IMG/VR virus record: IMGVR_UViG_3300008259_000347
Span: 14,209-78,208 of that record
Reading direction: 5' to 3' (one strand)
DNA length: 64,000 nucleotides
DNA from: a virus
Below, in pieces: positions 1-10,063 of the stretch. The notes under the pieces were generated by a model, which saw only the letters and a program-made list of their open reading frames with translations, did not search any database and was not told where the DNA came from. Positions within the stretch are counted from its first letter, which is position 1, and the number at the start of each line of letters is the position of its first letter. Position numbers and translations under genes: made by a program.

Positions 1-654
1 AAAATAAGCAAACGGATTATCTGATTTTGATTCATCGAATTGTAGTCCTATCTGTGTTAGTTGTAAAATAGCCTGTCCCCGCATTTCGTCGTTGTATGTG
101 TATCCTCTAACATTACCTCTAGTTGCGTATCTTTCACACAATTTAATATACATGCGAGCAAGCGTGTTAGTAATTTGCCCATGATCCTTGTTGAATTTGC
201 CTTTTTCTAAGCCACCTTTCCAATGGCTTTTCCCTACACATACAAGCACATCGTTTTCATCAAACTTCCAATGTTGGAAAGGCGGAAAATTTACCTTATC
301 TCTACCATCAGCAATAGTTTTAGGATTCTTTTTTCGTGTAGTATTTGTAGGAATATGATCAAAGGTCATAATCCTGAAAACTAAATCTGTTTTAGGAATC
401 TTTTTATAATCAATTTCGCACTCTGCTAGTTTCACTTTCTCGCCAGATGATTTACGTTCTTCGTAAATTTTTTGACTTAGGCGTTTAGCTTGTGCTCGTT
501 TAGCTTCGGCTATGGTTCGAATATTAATTTTATCTACATTAGGTAAAATTAGGTCATACCTATGATATTCTGGTTTGGTAAACGAACAGTATGTATTTTT
601 GGATTTGTGTATTTCTTCTAATAAGTCTTTGTTGTTTAAGTAATTAACTTTCAT
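1..654 (-). CDS. T4 gp55-like late transcription sigma factor (3' end runs off window), with a long extra segment after the N-terminal motif
   Basis: Not in the ORF track; translated by hand: MKVNYLNNKDLLEEIHKSK...GQITNTLARMYIKLCERYATRGNVRGYTYNDEMRGQA...QFDESKSDNPFAYF. The YLNNK, GYTY.DEM and NPFAYF motifs are typical of gp55-family sigmas. Confidence 0.85.
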   Translation of the reverse strand, partial: MKVNYLNNKDLLEEIHKSKNTYCSFTKPEYHRYDLILPNVDKINIRTIAEAKRAQAKRLSQKIYEERKSSGEKVKLAECEIDYKKIPKTDLVFRIMTFDHIPTNTTRKKNPKTIADGRDKVNFPPFQHWKFDENDVLVCVGKSHWKGGLEKGKFNKDHGQITNTLARMYIKLCERYATRGNVRGYTYNDEMRGQAILQLTQIGLQFDESKSDNPFAYF

Positions 655-674
655 GTAATGATCCTTGTTGTAAT

Positions 675-703
675 ATTGTAAACTACGCACTTTATTTTGT
701 CAA
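675..703 (-). promoter_or_regulatory. sigma70-type promoter for the late sigma gene (TTGACA-17-TACAAT)
   Basis: Minus strand TTGACA (703-698), 17 nt spacer, TACAAT (680-675), about 20 nt upstream of the ATG at 654. Confidence 0.75.
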
Positions 704-710
704 CTAAATA
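680..710 (+). promoter_or_regulatory. putative late promoter TACGCAC-N14-TAAATA (site 1)
   Basis: TACGCAC 684-690 and TAAATA 705-710, upstream of RBS AAGGA and ATG 730; same spacing as sites 2 and 3. Confidence 0.7.
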
Positions 711-729
711 ATGAATAAAGGAAACCAAA

Positions 730-1764
730 ATGGCAAATTTGTTTGATACATTGAAAAACGGTGCGACCACAGTAGTTAAAAATCTTAATGGACCAGGATC
801 TGGTGCTAACAATCTAGGTTCTGCTCTAGGCACTGCCGGAAGCTTATCAGGCATTTTAAATGGGCTATCTGATCCTAATAAATTACTGTCAAGTCTACGA
901 AGTTTTAACCTTCCATTGGGAGGTAACACATTCAAACCTATGGGTAGTACAGGTGTAACTTGGGCAGGCACAGCAGCAGATAAAGATTGGCGTGTAAGAC
1001 TTAGTTTACCCAATATTAGTTCTTTTAAAAGTAGTTACGTTCTGAAACCATTAGTTGCCGCAGGAGGTATGATATTTCCATATACTCCTGGCATCAGTAT
1101 TTCTCATAATGCTGGTTACGATGAACAATCGATAACACATAACAATTACCAGTTCATCACTTATCAAAATAGTAAAGTTGATAGGATCTCTATCAACGCA
1201 CCTTTTTTTGTAGAAGATGCTGTACAGGCACAATACTGGCTAGCTGCTGTTCATTACTTTAGATCAATGACCAAAATGTTTTCCGGAGCAGGCAATGGCG
1301 CAGAACAAGGCAATCCTCCTCCGATAGTGTATTTAAACGGTTACGGAGATTTTGTTTTTAAAAATATTCCTGTTGTGGTTAGTAGTTTTCAAGTCGAGCT
1401 AAGTGCTGATACAAATTATATTTCAACCAGTATGAGTAAAGATGTTTCAAGACCGGCTGGCTCTCCAGCTGCCGCACCTGTAGCACAGTCTGGAGGTTGG
1501 TTAAGTCTAGCTGGCGCAGCCTTACAAGCAGGCGGTCTTCAAAATGCTGGAGCATTTATCAGCGGATTAGATAATAAAAATAAAAGTGGCTCACCAGGAC
1601 AACAGCAACAAATACAAGCTATGAACGGTGATAGTCATGTACCAGTGAAAAGCACATTTCAAATTTCTCTTCAGCCTATATATAGTAGGCAAGCTATTAG
1701 AGAATTTAATTTACAAAGCTTTGTTCAAGGAGCTTATGTAAACAATCAAATAGGATATAATTAA
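730..1764 (+). CDS. baseplate/tail tube initiator-like structural protein
   Basis: 344 aa, first gene of the baseplate operon; FPYTP and PPPIVYLNGYG..VF.NIPVVV motifs resemble gp48/gp54-type tube initiators. Confidence 0.55.
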   Translation: MANLFDTLKNGATTVVKNLNGPGSGANNLGSALGTAGSLSGILNGLSDPNKLLSSLRSFNLPLGGNTFKPMGSTGVTWAGTAADKDWRVRLSLPNISSFKSSYVLKPLVAAGGMIFPYTPGISISHNAGYDEQSITHNNYQFITYQNSKVDRISINAPFFVEDAVQAQYWLAAVHYFRSMTKMFSGAGNGAEQGNPPPIVYLNGYGDFVFKNIPVVVSSFQVELSADTNYISTSMSKDVSRPAGSPAAAPVAQSGGWLSLAGAALQAGGLQNAGAFISGLDNKNKSGSPGQQQQIQAMNGDSHVPVKSTFQISLQPIYSRQAIREFNLQSFVQGAYVNNQIGYN

Positions 1765-2063
1765 TGGCTGTTTATAAACCTTCCAGTCCTTGGAAAGAAA
1801 CTCCAATCGAAAACAATTATCTTACCGTGCTTAGGATACGTCCAGTAAGCGCAGAGCCTGATGATTTTTTATACACTATTGAACCTCAATACACTTATCG
1901 ACCTGATTTGTTAGCCTACGATTTGTATGGTGATACAAAATTGTGGTGGGTATTCATTCAGAGAAATTTAGACGTATTACAAGATCCTGTTTATGATTTT
2001 GTAGCAGGTACAAAAATTTATATTCCCAAGGGCGATAGTTTAAAAACTGTGTTAGGATTGTAA
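1764..2063 (+). CDS. baseplate wedge protein, gp53/LysM-like
   Basis: YRPDLLAYDLYGDTKLWWVF motif; TAATG coupling to the upstream gene. Confidence 0.75.
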   Translation: MAVYKPSSPWKETPIENNYLTVLRIRPVSAEPDDFLYTIEPQYTYRPDLLAYDLYGDTKLWWVFIQRNLDVLQDPVYDFVAGTKIYIPKGDSLKTVLGL

Positions 2064-2064
2064 A

Positions 2065-4399
2065 ATGACAAATTTTGTTAAAGAACTTAAACAAGGAGCA
2101 ACCACTGCCTCTGAAAAAATATCTAAAACTGTTTCAGACATAATGACAAAAAATGGAGGATCTGCTACAGGTCCTGCATTAGATCAATTAAAAAAAGCAG
2201 TCATAGGAGGAATTCCTACTTTTGATCCTGCCAGTTTGGGTATACCGGGATTAGACGCAGTAGAGAAAAGGCCAACTAGGACCTATTATTTTAAAATCTG
2301 CTAACGGAGCCCCAGCAGAAAAATTAATTCAAACAGCGTACGGTGCTTATAATTTCTATATGGATAATTTTAAGATGACCACGATAATGGGGCTTAATGA
2401 AACAACAGGAGTTACTAATGCTACCACTGTTTCTTTTTCTGTTATCGAACCATACAGTATGGGATTATTCTTTCAGGCTTTACAGATAGGAGCATACCAA
2501 GCAGGTCATGCCAATTATACTCAAGTGCCATTATTACTAACTTTAGAATGGAAAGGCTGGACTGATTTAAACAAAGAAGTGCCATTAGTGATAAGACAGA
2601 TTCCTATCAAATTAAGAGAATTAGGAATGCAGGTAACTGGTAAAGGGTGTACGTATACTGTAGATGGATATCCTTGGAACGAACAGGCTTTATCAAAAAC
2701 ATATAATGAAGTAAAAACAGACATCGGCATAGAGTGCGACAAAGGCGGTCCTTACACTATACAAAATTTACTGCAAAGAGGCCAAAATAGTTTACAAGCA
2801 GTTTTGAATCGCAGATTACAAGAAGCAAAAAAAGGCGGCCGCGTCGATGTTCCAGATGAAATGTTGATAGTGTTCCCTACAGATTTAACATCTGATCCTA
2901 GTAGCACATCCCTTACAGGCAATGAACTAAACGAACGTGGCGCTACATCGTCCCCTAGCTCAGCAGGAGCTTCTGCTTTTTATAATAAATTAGGAGTCAC
3001 TGCCGGCGCGAACTCTACAAAAGTTCAAGGAGTAGATAATGGTACAGTTAATCTTATTGGACAAGCTCTTTTAGGGTTCAACGAAAAAATAAAAGGAGAA
3101 TCTCCATTTGCCAAAGATGCAGACAGTTACGATAAAGAAAAAGGCATTGTAAAAATTGGATCAATTGAAATTGATTTGAATAACTCTAAGTTTCATTTTA
3201 CTCAAGGTGCGTTAATTAGTGATATTATTGTTCAAGTTATATTAAACAGTGATTATGGTAGAAATGCGTTGAATCAAGCACAGCTTACTCCAGATGGACA
3301 GATAGTGTGGTTCAGAGTCGAAACTCAAGTTTATAATATTCCACAAGAGGATGGTAAAACAGGCACTAAACCAAAATGTATAGTATTCAGAGTAGTGCCT
3401 TATAAAGTTGACAGTTCAAGATTTATGCCTGTTAATTCTAAAAAACCAGGATTAGATAAATTAAAAACTCAAGCTTTAAAACAATATGATTATATCTATA
3501 CAGGAAAAAATACTGAAATTTTAAATTTTAATATTGATTTCCAAGCAGGATTTTATACAGCTATGTTTGCCGATAAAGGACAAAATTCTGAAGGCGAACG
3601 TATTAAAGAAAACACAGGTCAAGCAGCAGAGGAAGACAATAGAATTAGAACTCCAGGCAGCGCAAACAGCGGAGGAGTTGGAATTTTCCTACCAACAGTG
3701 AGAGGCACTTCGGCAGGATTACCTCAAAATCCAACACAGATCAGGTATGACAAAACAGAATCAAAAACAGCCAAACAAGGCGGAGCATCTGCTTTTGATG
3801 ATCCGGCCACAGTTGTAGCAAGGCAGTTCCAAGATGTTATAACTAATCAAGCTGATATGATTAATTTAGAGCTTGAAATTTTAGGAGACCCTTACTATAT
3901 TACTGATAGTGGTATGGGAAATTATAGTGCTAAGGAAGTTCAGGGCTATGATAACATTACTGGAGATGGATCTGTAAATTATCAAAATGGCGAAGTTGTT
4001 GTAGCAGTTAATTTTAGAACTCCTATAGATATAGATTTACAAAAAGGAATGTATTCTTTTGGAGATACTAGACCAGTAGCACAATTCAGCGGACTGTTTA
4101 GAGTGATAAGCGTTGACAATACTATCAATACAAATAAATTTACACAAGTGTTGCAGCTGGTAAGATTGCCTGGTCAAGAAGAAAAACTAGAGGAGAAATC
4201 TGCTGTATCAATAGCTAACAATGAAAGTAGTGGGTACACGGCTCAGTCACAAGCTCAAAGAAGTCCTGCTGCTCAATCGGTTAATAATTCAAGTAGTAGC
4301 TATTATGGTAGTACTACTAATCAAACAAACAATATTAATACTTCACCACCAAATCCTGGATTACCGGGAATAGTAAACACCGGAGGAAGATTCGCATAA
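2065..4399 (+). CDS. baseplate hub protein (gp27-like), broken near 2265 into ORFs 2065-2304 and 2360-4399
   Basis: The frame of the 2360 ORF stays open back to 2264 (RKGQLGPIILKSANG...YNFYMDNF). C-terminal LEILGDPYY and FSGLFRV..V...F.Q.L.LVR hub motifs; lies just before gp5. Confidence 0.6.
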
Positions 4400-6081
4400 T
4401 GGCTATTGAAACAAGACCGCAGTCAGGCAGTACACCCGTTGATCCGGGTCCGTTTTTAGCAAAAGTTGTTAGCCATTTAGACCCTACTTATATGGGTTGT
4501 TTGGAAGTTCAAGTTATGCGTGAAGTAGGAGGCGATGTTAACAGTGATGGACAGTTGACCACTGTGAAATATCTTAACCCTTTTTATGGAGTAACTGGCG
4601 CGGAGCATGTTACTGACACAGACGATTATAATAATACACAAAAAAGTTATGGAATGTGGTTTGTTCCTCCCGACCCAGGCAGCTTAGTTGTAGTAATTTT
4701 TATTGGAGGTGATCCTCGTAAAGGTTACTGGATTGGTTGTGTACAAGACGAAGGCATGAATTTTATGGTGCCAGGTATTGCTGCCACAGAGTATGTAGTA
4801 AGTGACACTAAAACAGATGATAGCGAGCGTGTTCCAGTAGCAGAATATAATAAAGTAGCTAATCAAAATACACAAGATCCTACAAAGCGCACAAAGCCAC
4901 AGCACCCTATTACAGAATTTTTAATTAAACAAGGTTTAATACTTGACGACACACGAGGCATTACAACTAGTTCAGCTAGGCGTGAAGTACCAAGTGCTGT
5001 ATTTGGAATTAGCACACCTGGACCAGTAGATAAAAACGGAAAAAGAGGTAAAATAGGCAAAGCCGAACACTTAGTCGATGGTGCGTTTGTAAGCAGACTA
5101 GGCGGCTCTACTTTTGTCATGGACGATGGCAATGACAAATTCATACGTAAAACTCCTGCTAGCGATGGCCCACCAGAATATAGTAATTTGCTCAACGGCG
5201 AGACAGACGGCGACAATACTATTCCGCACAATGAATGTATTAGATTTAGAACACGTACCGGCCATCAAATTTTGTTACACAACTCTGAAGACTTGATGTA
5301 CATTGGAAATAGTAAAGGAACTGCGTGGATAGAGTTAACTAGCGATGGCAAGATTGACATTTTTGCCGAGGATAGTATTAGTGTACACACTAAGCAAGAT
5401 CTTAACTTTTTTGCTGACAGAGACATAAATTTAGAATGTGTGAGAAATATGAATATCAAAGTCGGTAGTGAATTACATACTCACGTAATGATGGATCAAA
5501 TTTTAATTGTAGACGGCAAGCAAAAAATTCATGTAAAACAGGAAGTAGATAAAACTTATGAACTGTCATATAAACATCATGTGAAAAAAGATGTTGAAAA
5601 ACTATATGATGAAAATCATAAAGTAACAGTACTTAAAGATACAGATTTTAATACCACAGGCCATAATTGGTTTACGGCAGGAAAAACCACTGAAATCAAG
5701 AGCGGTGGTAATCATATTGAAACGGCAGCACTGATACACATGAACGGTCCTTCTGCTTCCGAAGCAGCTAAGGCAGCAGAAGCAGAACTTCCTCAGAGAT
5801 TGAAACTTCATACGTTACCTGATCAAGACGAACTGCCGTTAGTACCTTCTATTATGCGTCGAATTATCACACATGAGCCTTATCCACATCACGAAAACCT
5901 CGACCCTCTTAAAGTTAAACCTGAGCAAACTGATAGAGATATTGAAGGCAGATATGAAGATACTGACGAAGAACAGCTTAAAGATCAAGCAGAATTTTCA
6001 GTAACTATGCTTACACCTGCTAGCAGTTGGAAAACGTATAGTGCTGCTGTGGACCCATTTAGAAAGCTTCAGAGTGACTAA
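4399..6081 (+). CDS. baseplate central spike, gp5/VgrG-like OB-fold plus beta-helix, no lysozyme domain seen
   Basis: DPTYMGCLEV...YGMWFVPPDPGSLVVVIFIGGD...YWIG OB-fold; RTRTGHQILL; IHMNGP end of the beta-helix. Confidence 0.8.
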   Translation: MAIETRPQSGSTPVDPGPFLAKVVSHLDPTYMGCLEVQVMREVGGDVNSDGQLTTVKYLNPFYGVTGAEHVTDTDDYNNTQKSYGMWFVPPDPGSLVVVIFIGGDPRKGYWIGCVQDEGMNFMVPGIAATEYVVSDTKTDDSERVPVAEYNKVANQNTQDPTKRTKPQHPITEFLIKQGLILDDTRGITTSSARREVPSAVFGISTPGPVDKNGKRGKIGKAEHLVDGAFVSRLGGSTFVMDDGNDKFIRKTPASDGPPEYSNLLNGETDGDNTIPHNECIRFRTRTGHQILLHNSEDLMYIGNSKGTAWIELTSDGKIDIFAEDSISVHTKQDLNFFADRDINLECVRNMNIKVGSELHTHVMMDQILIVDGKQKIHVKQEVDKTYELSYKHHVKKDVEKLYDENHKVTVLKDTDFNTTGHNWFTAGKTTEIKSGGNHIETAALIHMNGPSASEAAKAAEAELPQRLKLHTLPDQDELPLVPSIMRRIITHEPYPHHENLDPLKVKPEQTDRDIEGRYEDTDEEQLKDQAEFSVTMLTPASSWKTYSAAVDPFRKLQSD

Positions 6082-6087
6082 TAAATA
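6082..6087 (+). promoter_or_regulatory. TAAATA late promoter box, possibly giving a leaderless mRNA
   Basis: ATAAATA-ATACT-ATG with no Shine-Dalgarno before the gp25-like gene. Confidence 0.45.
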
Positions 6088-6092
6088 ATACT

Positions 6093-6533
6093 ATGAGTTC
6101 AAGTTCACGTCTTTATGATAAAATTGTTCTGAGGGGAGACCTAACAGGACAACAAATACCTGGCACTAAAACTTACAAAGGTTTTAGCACTATTAGTCCT
6201 GACGCTAACAGTTTTGCTTTGTATGATTTGCCTTTGATTAAGCAGGATATTTTAAATCATTTTCATATAAGACAGGGCGAACGTTTAGAAAATCCAGAAT
6301 TCGGAACTATTATCTGGGATTGTTTATTCGAACCTTTAACAGAAGAAGTGAAATCACTTATTCAACAAAATGTAGAATCGATCGTGAACTACGATCCACG
6401 AGTAATTCCCGATCAAATAGTTGTTACTAGTTACGAAAGCGGCATTCAAATTGAATGTAGACTAACATATCTTCCATACAATATCAGCGAAACACTTCAA
6501 CTTAGATTCGATCAAGCTAACTCCATTTATTAA
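6093..6533 (+). CDS. baseplate wedge protein gp25-like
   Basis: IKQDILNHFHIRQGERLENPEFGTIIWDCLFEP...YDPRV is the gp25/GPW signature. Confidence 0.9.
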   Translation: MSSSSRLYDKIVLRGDLTGQQIPGTKTYKGFSTISPDANSFALYDLPLIKQDILNHFHIRQGERLENPEFGTIIWDCLFEPLTEEVKSLIQQNVESIVNYDPRVIPDQIVVTSYESGIQIECRLTYLPYNISETLQLRFDQANSIY

Positions 6534-6534
6534 T

Positions 6535-6565
6535 TAACTACGCACATTTCAAAATACGCTAAATA
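6535..6565 (+). promoter_or_regulatory. putative late promoter TACGCAC-N14-TAAATA (site 2)
   Basis: TACGCAC 6539-6545 and TAAATA 6560-6565, intergenic before the gp6-like gene. Confidence 0.7.
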
Positions 6566-6586
6566 TTGTATAATTGGGAATAGCGT

Positions 6587-9500
6587 ATGTCAGCAACTGA
6601 TAGACAAAATAGATTACTAGTAGCCGAAGACTGGAAAAGAATTTACCAGACTTTCCGTAACGCAGACTTTCAAAGCTATGATTTTGAAAATCTTCGTAGG
6701 GTGATGATTAATTACATCAGAGAAAATTATCCAGAAGATTTTAATGATTATATTGAAAGTTCTGAGTACCTTGCTCTCATCGACTTGATAGCTTTTCTAG
6801 GTCAAAGCATTAGTTTCCGTACAGATCTTAATGCTAGAGATAACTTCTTAGAACTAGCCGAACGTAGAGAAAGTGTACTGCGTCTTGCTAGATTATTAAG
6901 TTACAATCCAAAAAGAAACATTACCGGATCAGGACTATTAAAATTTAGTAGCGTAAGTACTACTCAAACAGTTATAGACTCTAATGGCCGCAATCTTTCC
7001 GGACAAAATATTTTATGGAACGATCCAGCAAATGCTAACTGGTATGATCAATTCATTAAAGTAGTAAATGCTGCGCTGCCAGCTAGTAGACAGTTTGGTA
7101 ATCCAGACGACAAAAATACTATCTACGGCATTCCTACCGAACAATACAGATTCCAAAGTGCTAATACAGATGCTCCAGTTTATACATTTCAAAAAGCAGT
7201 CGATGGTAGAACTATGCCTTTTGAAATTGTGTCTACAATTTTTAGAAATTCGCAAGACATTTACGAAGAGCCGCCTGCTGTAGGTAATAGATTGGCCTTT
7301 ATTTTTAGAAATGATGGCAAGGGCAATGCTAGTGTTAATACAGGATTTTTTCTACATTTTAGACAGGGAATTTTAAGTCAAGGAACGTTTGATATTACAC
7401 AGCCCAGTACTAGTGAAAGTATTGATATTGATGCTGTTAATATTAATAATTCAGATATCTGGTTATACAGATTAGATCAAAACGGATTAGAAACAGAATA
7501 TTGGCAACAGGTTCCAAGTTTAGAAGGCAACAATATCATCTATAACAGTCTTAAAAAATCTATTAAAAACATTTACAGTGTGATTACTAGAGCAGGCGAC
7601 AGAGTGAGTTTATTATTCAGCGATGGAACATTTGGTAATATACCAAGAGGAACCTTTAGGGTTTACTATAGAACAAGTACAGGGATAAGCTATACAATTA
7701 ATCCACGAGATATTAGAAATATCAGTATTGCTATTCCTTATATTAGTAATAACGCACAAGTAGAAACTCTAACTATTAATTTAAGTTTACAATCTAGTGT
7801 TGATAATAGTTCAGAAGCAGAAAGTAACGATAGTATTAAATCAAGAGCTCCATCTACTTATTATACACAAAATAGAATGATTACTGCTGAAGATTACAAC
7901 ATCAGTCCTCTCAGTGTTAACCAACAAGTTATTAAGATTAAAGCAGTTAATAGAAGTGCCAGCGGTATTAGTAGATATTTTGATTTAGTAGATCCTACTG
8001 GAAAATATAGTAAGACTAATTTGTTTGCTGACGACGGAATTCTTTATAAAGAAGAATTCACAGATAGTTTTAAATTCAATTATCAAAATAGAACAGATAT
8101 TGAAGCAGTAATTTACAATCAAGTTATTGAAGCACTTAAATCTGCTACTCTTAGAGATTTTTATTATAGTAACTTTACTACCGTTGTAACTGATTCTTTA
8201 TCTGTAGCATGGTATCGAAGAACAGTGGACACTAATCTATGTACAGGTTATATTAGTGATATTAGAGATTCTAGTATTGCTTATGACACTGATCCAACTC
8301 CTTATAAATTAGGAACTTTTACTAGTACTGCTCTTAGATTTATGACACCAGGTGCCTTGGTAGAATTTAGACCCCCTGAAGGATTTTATTTTGATAAAGC
8401 AGATGACAATAAACTTGTTCGAGGCACAGCCACAGTAAAAGATTCAGTGACCAGTTTGTGGTGTAAAGTAGTTGGTGTATCCGGTGACGGCACCGCAGGC
8501 GGTGACGGTATTTTTGCCGACGGCACAGGGCCACTCAGCTTTAATGACATCGTACCACAGGGTGCTATAATCTATCAAATTATTCCTGCTTGGAGAACAA
8601 CTTTAGATAATAGCACAGTATCTACAATGATAGACTTAATTTTTGCTAATAAGCCTTTTGGGTTACGATACGATACACAAAGTCGAACATGGAAGATTGT
8701 GTTTGAAGTTAACTTGAGTATCAATAGCAGATTTAGTCTAGGTAAGCAAGGCGACAACAGTAATCAACAATTAGATGCTAGTTGGCTGTTATTGTTTACT
8801 ACTGATACTGAATTTTATACTGTAAAATCTAGACTTTTACGTTATATTTTTGAAAGTGCTAATCAAGTTAGATTCTATTTTGATGCTAGCGATAAAATTT
8901 ACGACACACGAAATAATACCACAGTTAAGGACAAAATTAGAATTTTAAATATCAATACTCAGCCTGATAACACTATTCCTTTTACCATAGATAGAGACTG
9001 GGAAGTAAGTGAAGAATTTAAAGGTCTTGACGGTTATGTTGATACTAAAAAGATACAAGTTACTTTTAGTGACACTGATGACGACGGTGTAGTAGATAAT
9101 CCGACTATATTTGAAGATCTAGTTGCTCCTAATGTTGCCCCTTCTAATAAAAAAATTGTGTTAGAAAAATATGAAATATCAACAGGACAAGAAGATTATC
9201 GTTGGATGAATAATAATCAAACAGTTATTTTCACATCATCTTTAGATTCTTTTCAAAACCTAGGAATAATTCCAGATGGCCAATATGTATATGCTGAAGA
9301 TGCGGATGCGGTTTTTAAATTTAGTCTAGCAAGTGCTACTTTTGAGTTGTCTACTGATTATAAAGTTTATGTAGGACGCTCTGGATTTAAATTTCAGTAC
9401 ATTCATAATGCTGATTATGAATCAAGAATTGATCCAGGAATTACAAATTTAATAGACATTTATGTGCTCACTAAACAATACGATCAAAATTTTAGACAAT

Positions 9501-10063
9501 GGCTTAATGGTTCGTTAGACACTGAACCATTGCCTCCAAGTCAGGACACATTGTTTAGTTTAATGAGTACAGAGTTGAATAAAATAAAGTCAATCAGTGA
9601 TGAGATAGTGTATCATCCAGTAAAGTACAAAATTCTATTTGGAGAAAAAGCTACTCAAGATGTACAGGCAACATTTAAAATTGTTAAAAATTCAGAATTA
9701 GTAATTAGTGACAATGATATTAAATCAAGTGCTGTATCTGCTATCAACGAATTCTTCAGTTTAGAAAACTGGGAATTTGGAGAAACTTTTTATTTTACAG
9801 AATTAGCTACCTATGTAATGAATAGACTAGCACCATATGCTGTAAACTTTGTTATTGTTCCTAAGCAAACAGGTCTTTCTTTCGGAGCATTGTACGAAAT
9901 TAAATGCGAAAAAGATCAAATTTTTGTAAACGGTGCTACCGTAAATGATTTAGAAGTTATCACAGCTATCACAGCAAGTAAGTTAAAAGCAAGTGGGGCT
10001 ATTATAGCAAGTCGCACAGCAACAGGACAACAAATTATAACTAGCGCAGGAATTGAAGACTAA
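6587..10063 (+). CDS. baseplate wedge protein gp6-like (extended, 1158 aa)
   Basis: DFENLR...DFNDYIESS..LIDLIA...FL..AERRESVLRLA..L.YNP; FSDGTFG..P; ES.DSIK.RAP..Y.TQNRMITAEDY. Confidence 0.88.
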   Translation: MSATDRQNRLLVAEDWKRIYQTFRNADFQSYDFENLRRVMINYIRENYPEDFNDYIESSEYLALIDLIAFLGQSISFRTDLNARDNFLELAERRESVLRLARLLSYNPKRNITGSGLLKFSSVSTTQTVIDSNGRNLSGQNILWNDPANANWYDQFIKVVNAALPASRQFGNPDDKNTIYGIPTEQYRFQSANTDAPVYTFQKAVDGRTMPFEIVSTIFRNSQDIYEEPPAVGNRLAFIFRNDGKGNASVNTGFFLHFRQGILSQGTFDITQPSTSESIDIDAVNINNSDIWLYRLDQNGLETEYWQQVPSLEGNNIIYNSLKKSIKNIYSVITRAGDRVSLLFSDGTFGNIPRGTFRVYYRTSTGISYTINPRDIRNISIAIPYISNNAQVETLTINLSLQSSVDNSSEAESNDSIKSRAPSTYYTQNRMITAEDYNISPLSVNQQVIKIKAVNRSASGISRYFDLVDPTGKYSKTNLFADDGILYKEEFTDSFKFNYQNRTDIEAVIYNQVIEALKSATLRDFYYSNFTTVVTDSLSVAWYRRTVDTNLCTGYISDIRDSSIAYDTDPTPYKLGTFTSTALRFMTPGALVEFRPPEGFYFDKADDNKLVRGTATVKDSVTSLWCKVVGVSGDGTAGGDGIFADGTGPLSFNDIVPQGAIIYQIIPAWRTTLDNSTVSTMIDLIFANKPFGLRYDTQSRTWKIVFEVNLSINSRFSLGKQGDNSNQQLDASWLLLFTTDTEFYTVKSRLLRYIFESANQVRFYFDASDKIYDTRNNTTVKDKIRILNINTQPDNTIPFTIDRDWEVSEEFKGLDGYVDTKKIQVTFSDTDDDGVVDNPTIFEDLVAPNVAPSNKKIVLEKYEISTGQEDYRWMNNNQTVIFTSSLDSFQNLGIIPDGQYVYAEDADAVFKFSLASATFELSTDYKVYVGRSGFKFQYIHNADYESRIDPGITNLIDIYVLTKQYDQNFRQWLNGSLDTEPLPPSQDTLFSLMSTELNKIKSISDEIVYHPVKYKILFGEKATQDVQATFKIVKNSELVISDNDIKSSAVSAINEFFSLENWEFGETFYFTELATYVMNRLAPYAVNFVIVPKQTGLSFGALYEIKCEKDQIFVNGATVNDLEVITAITASKLKASGAIIASRTATGQQIITSAGIED

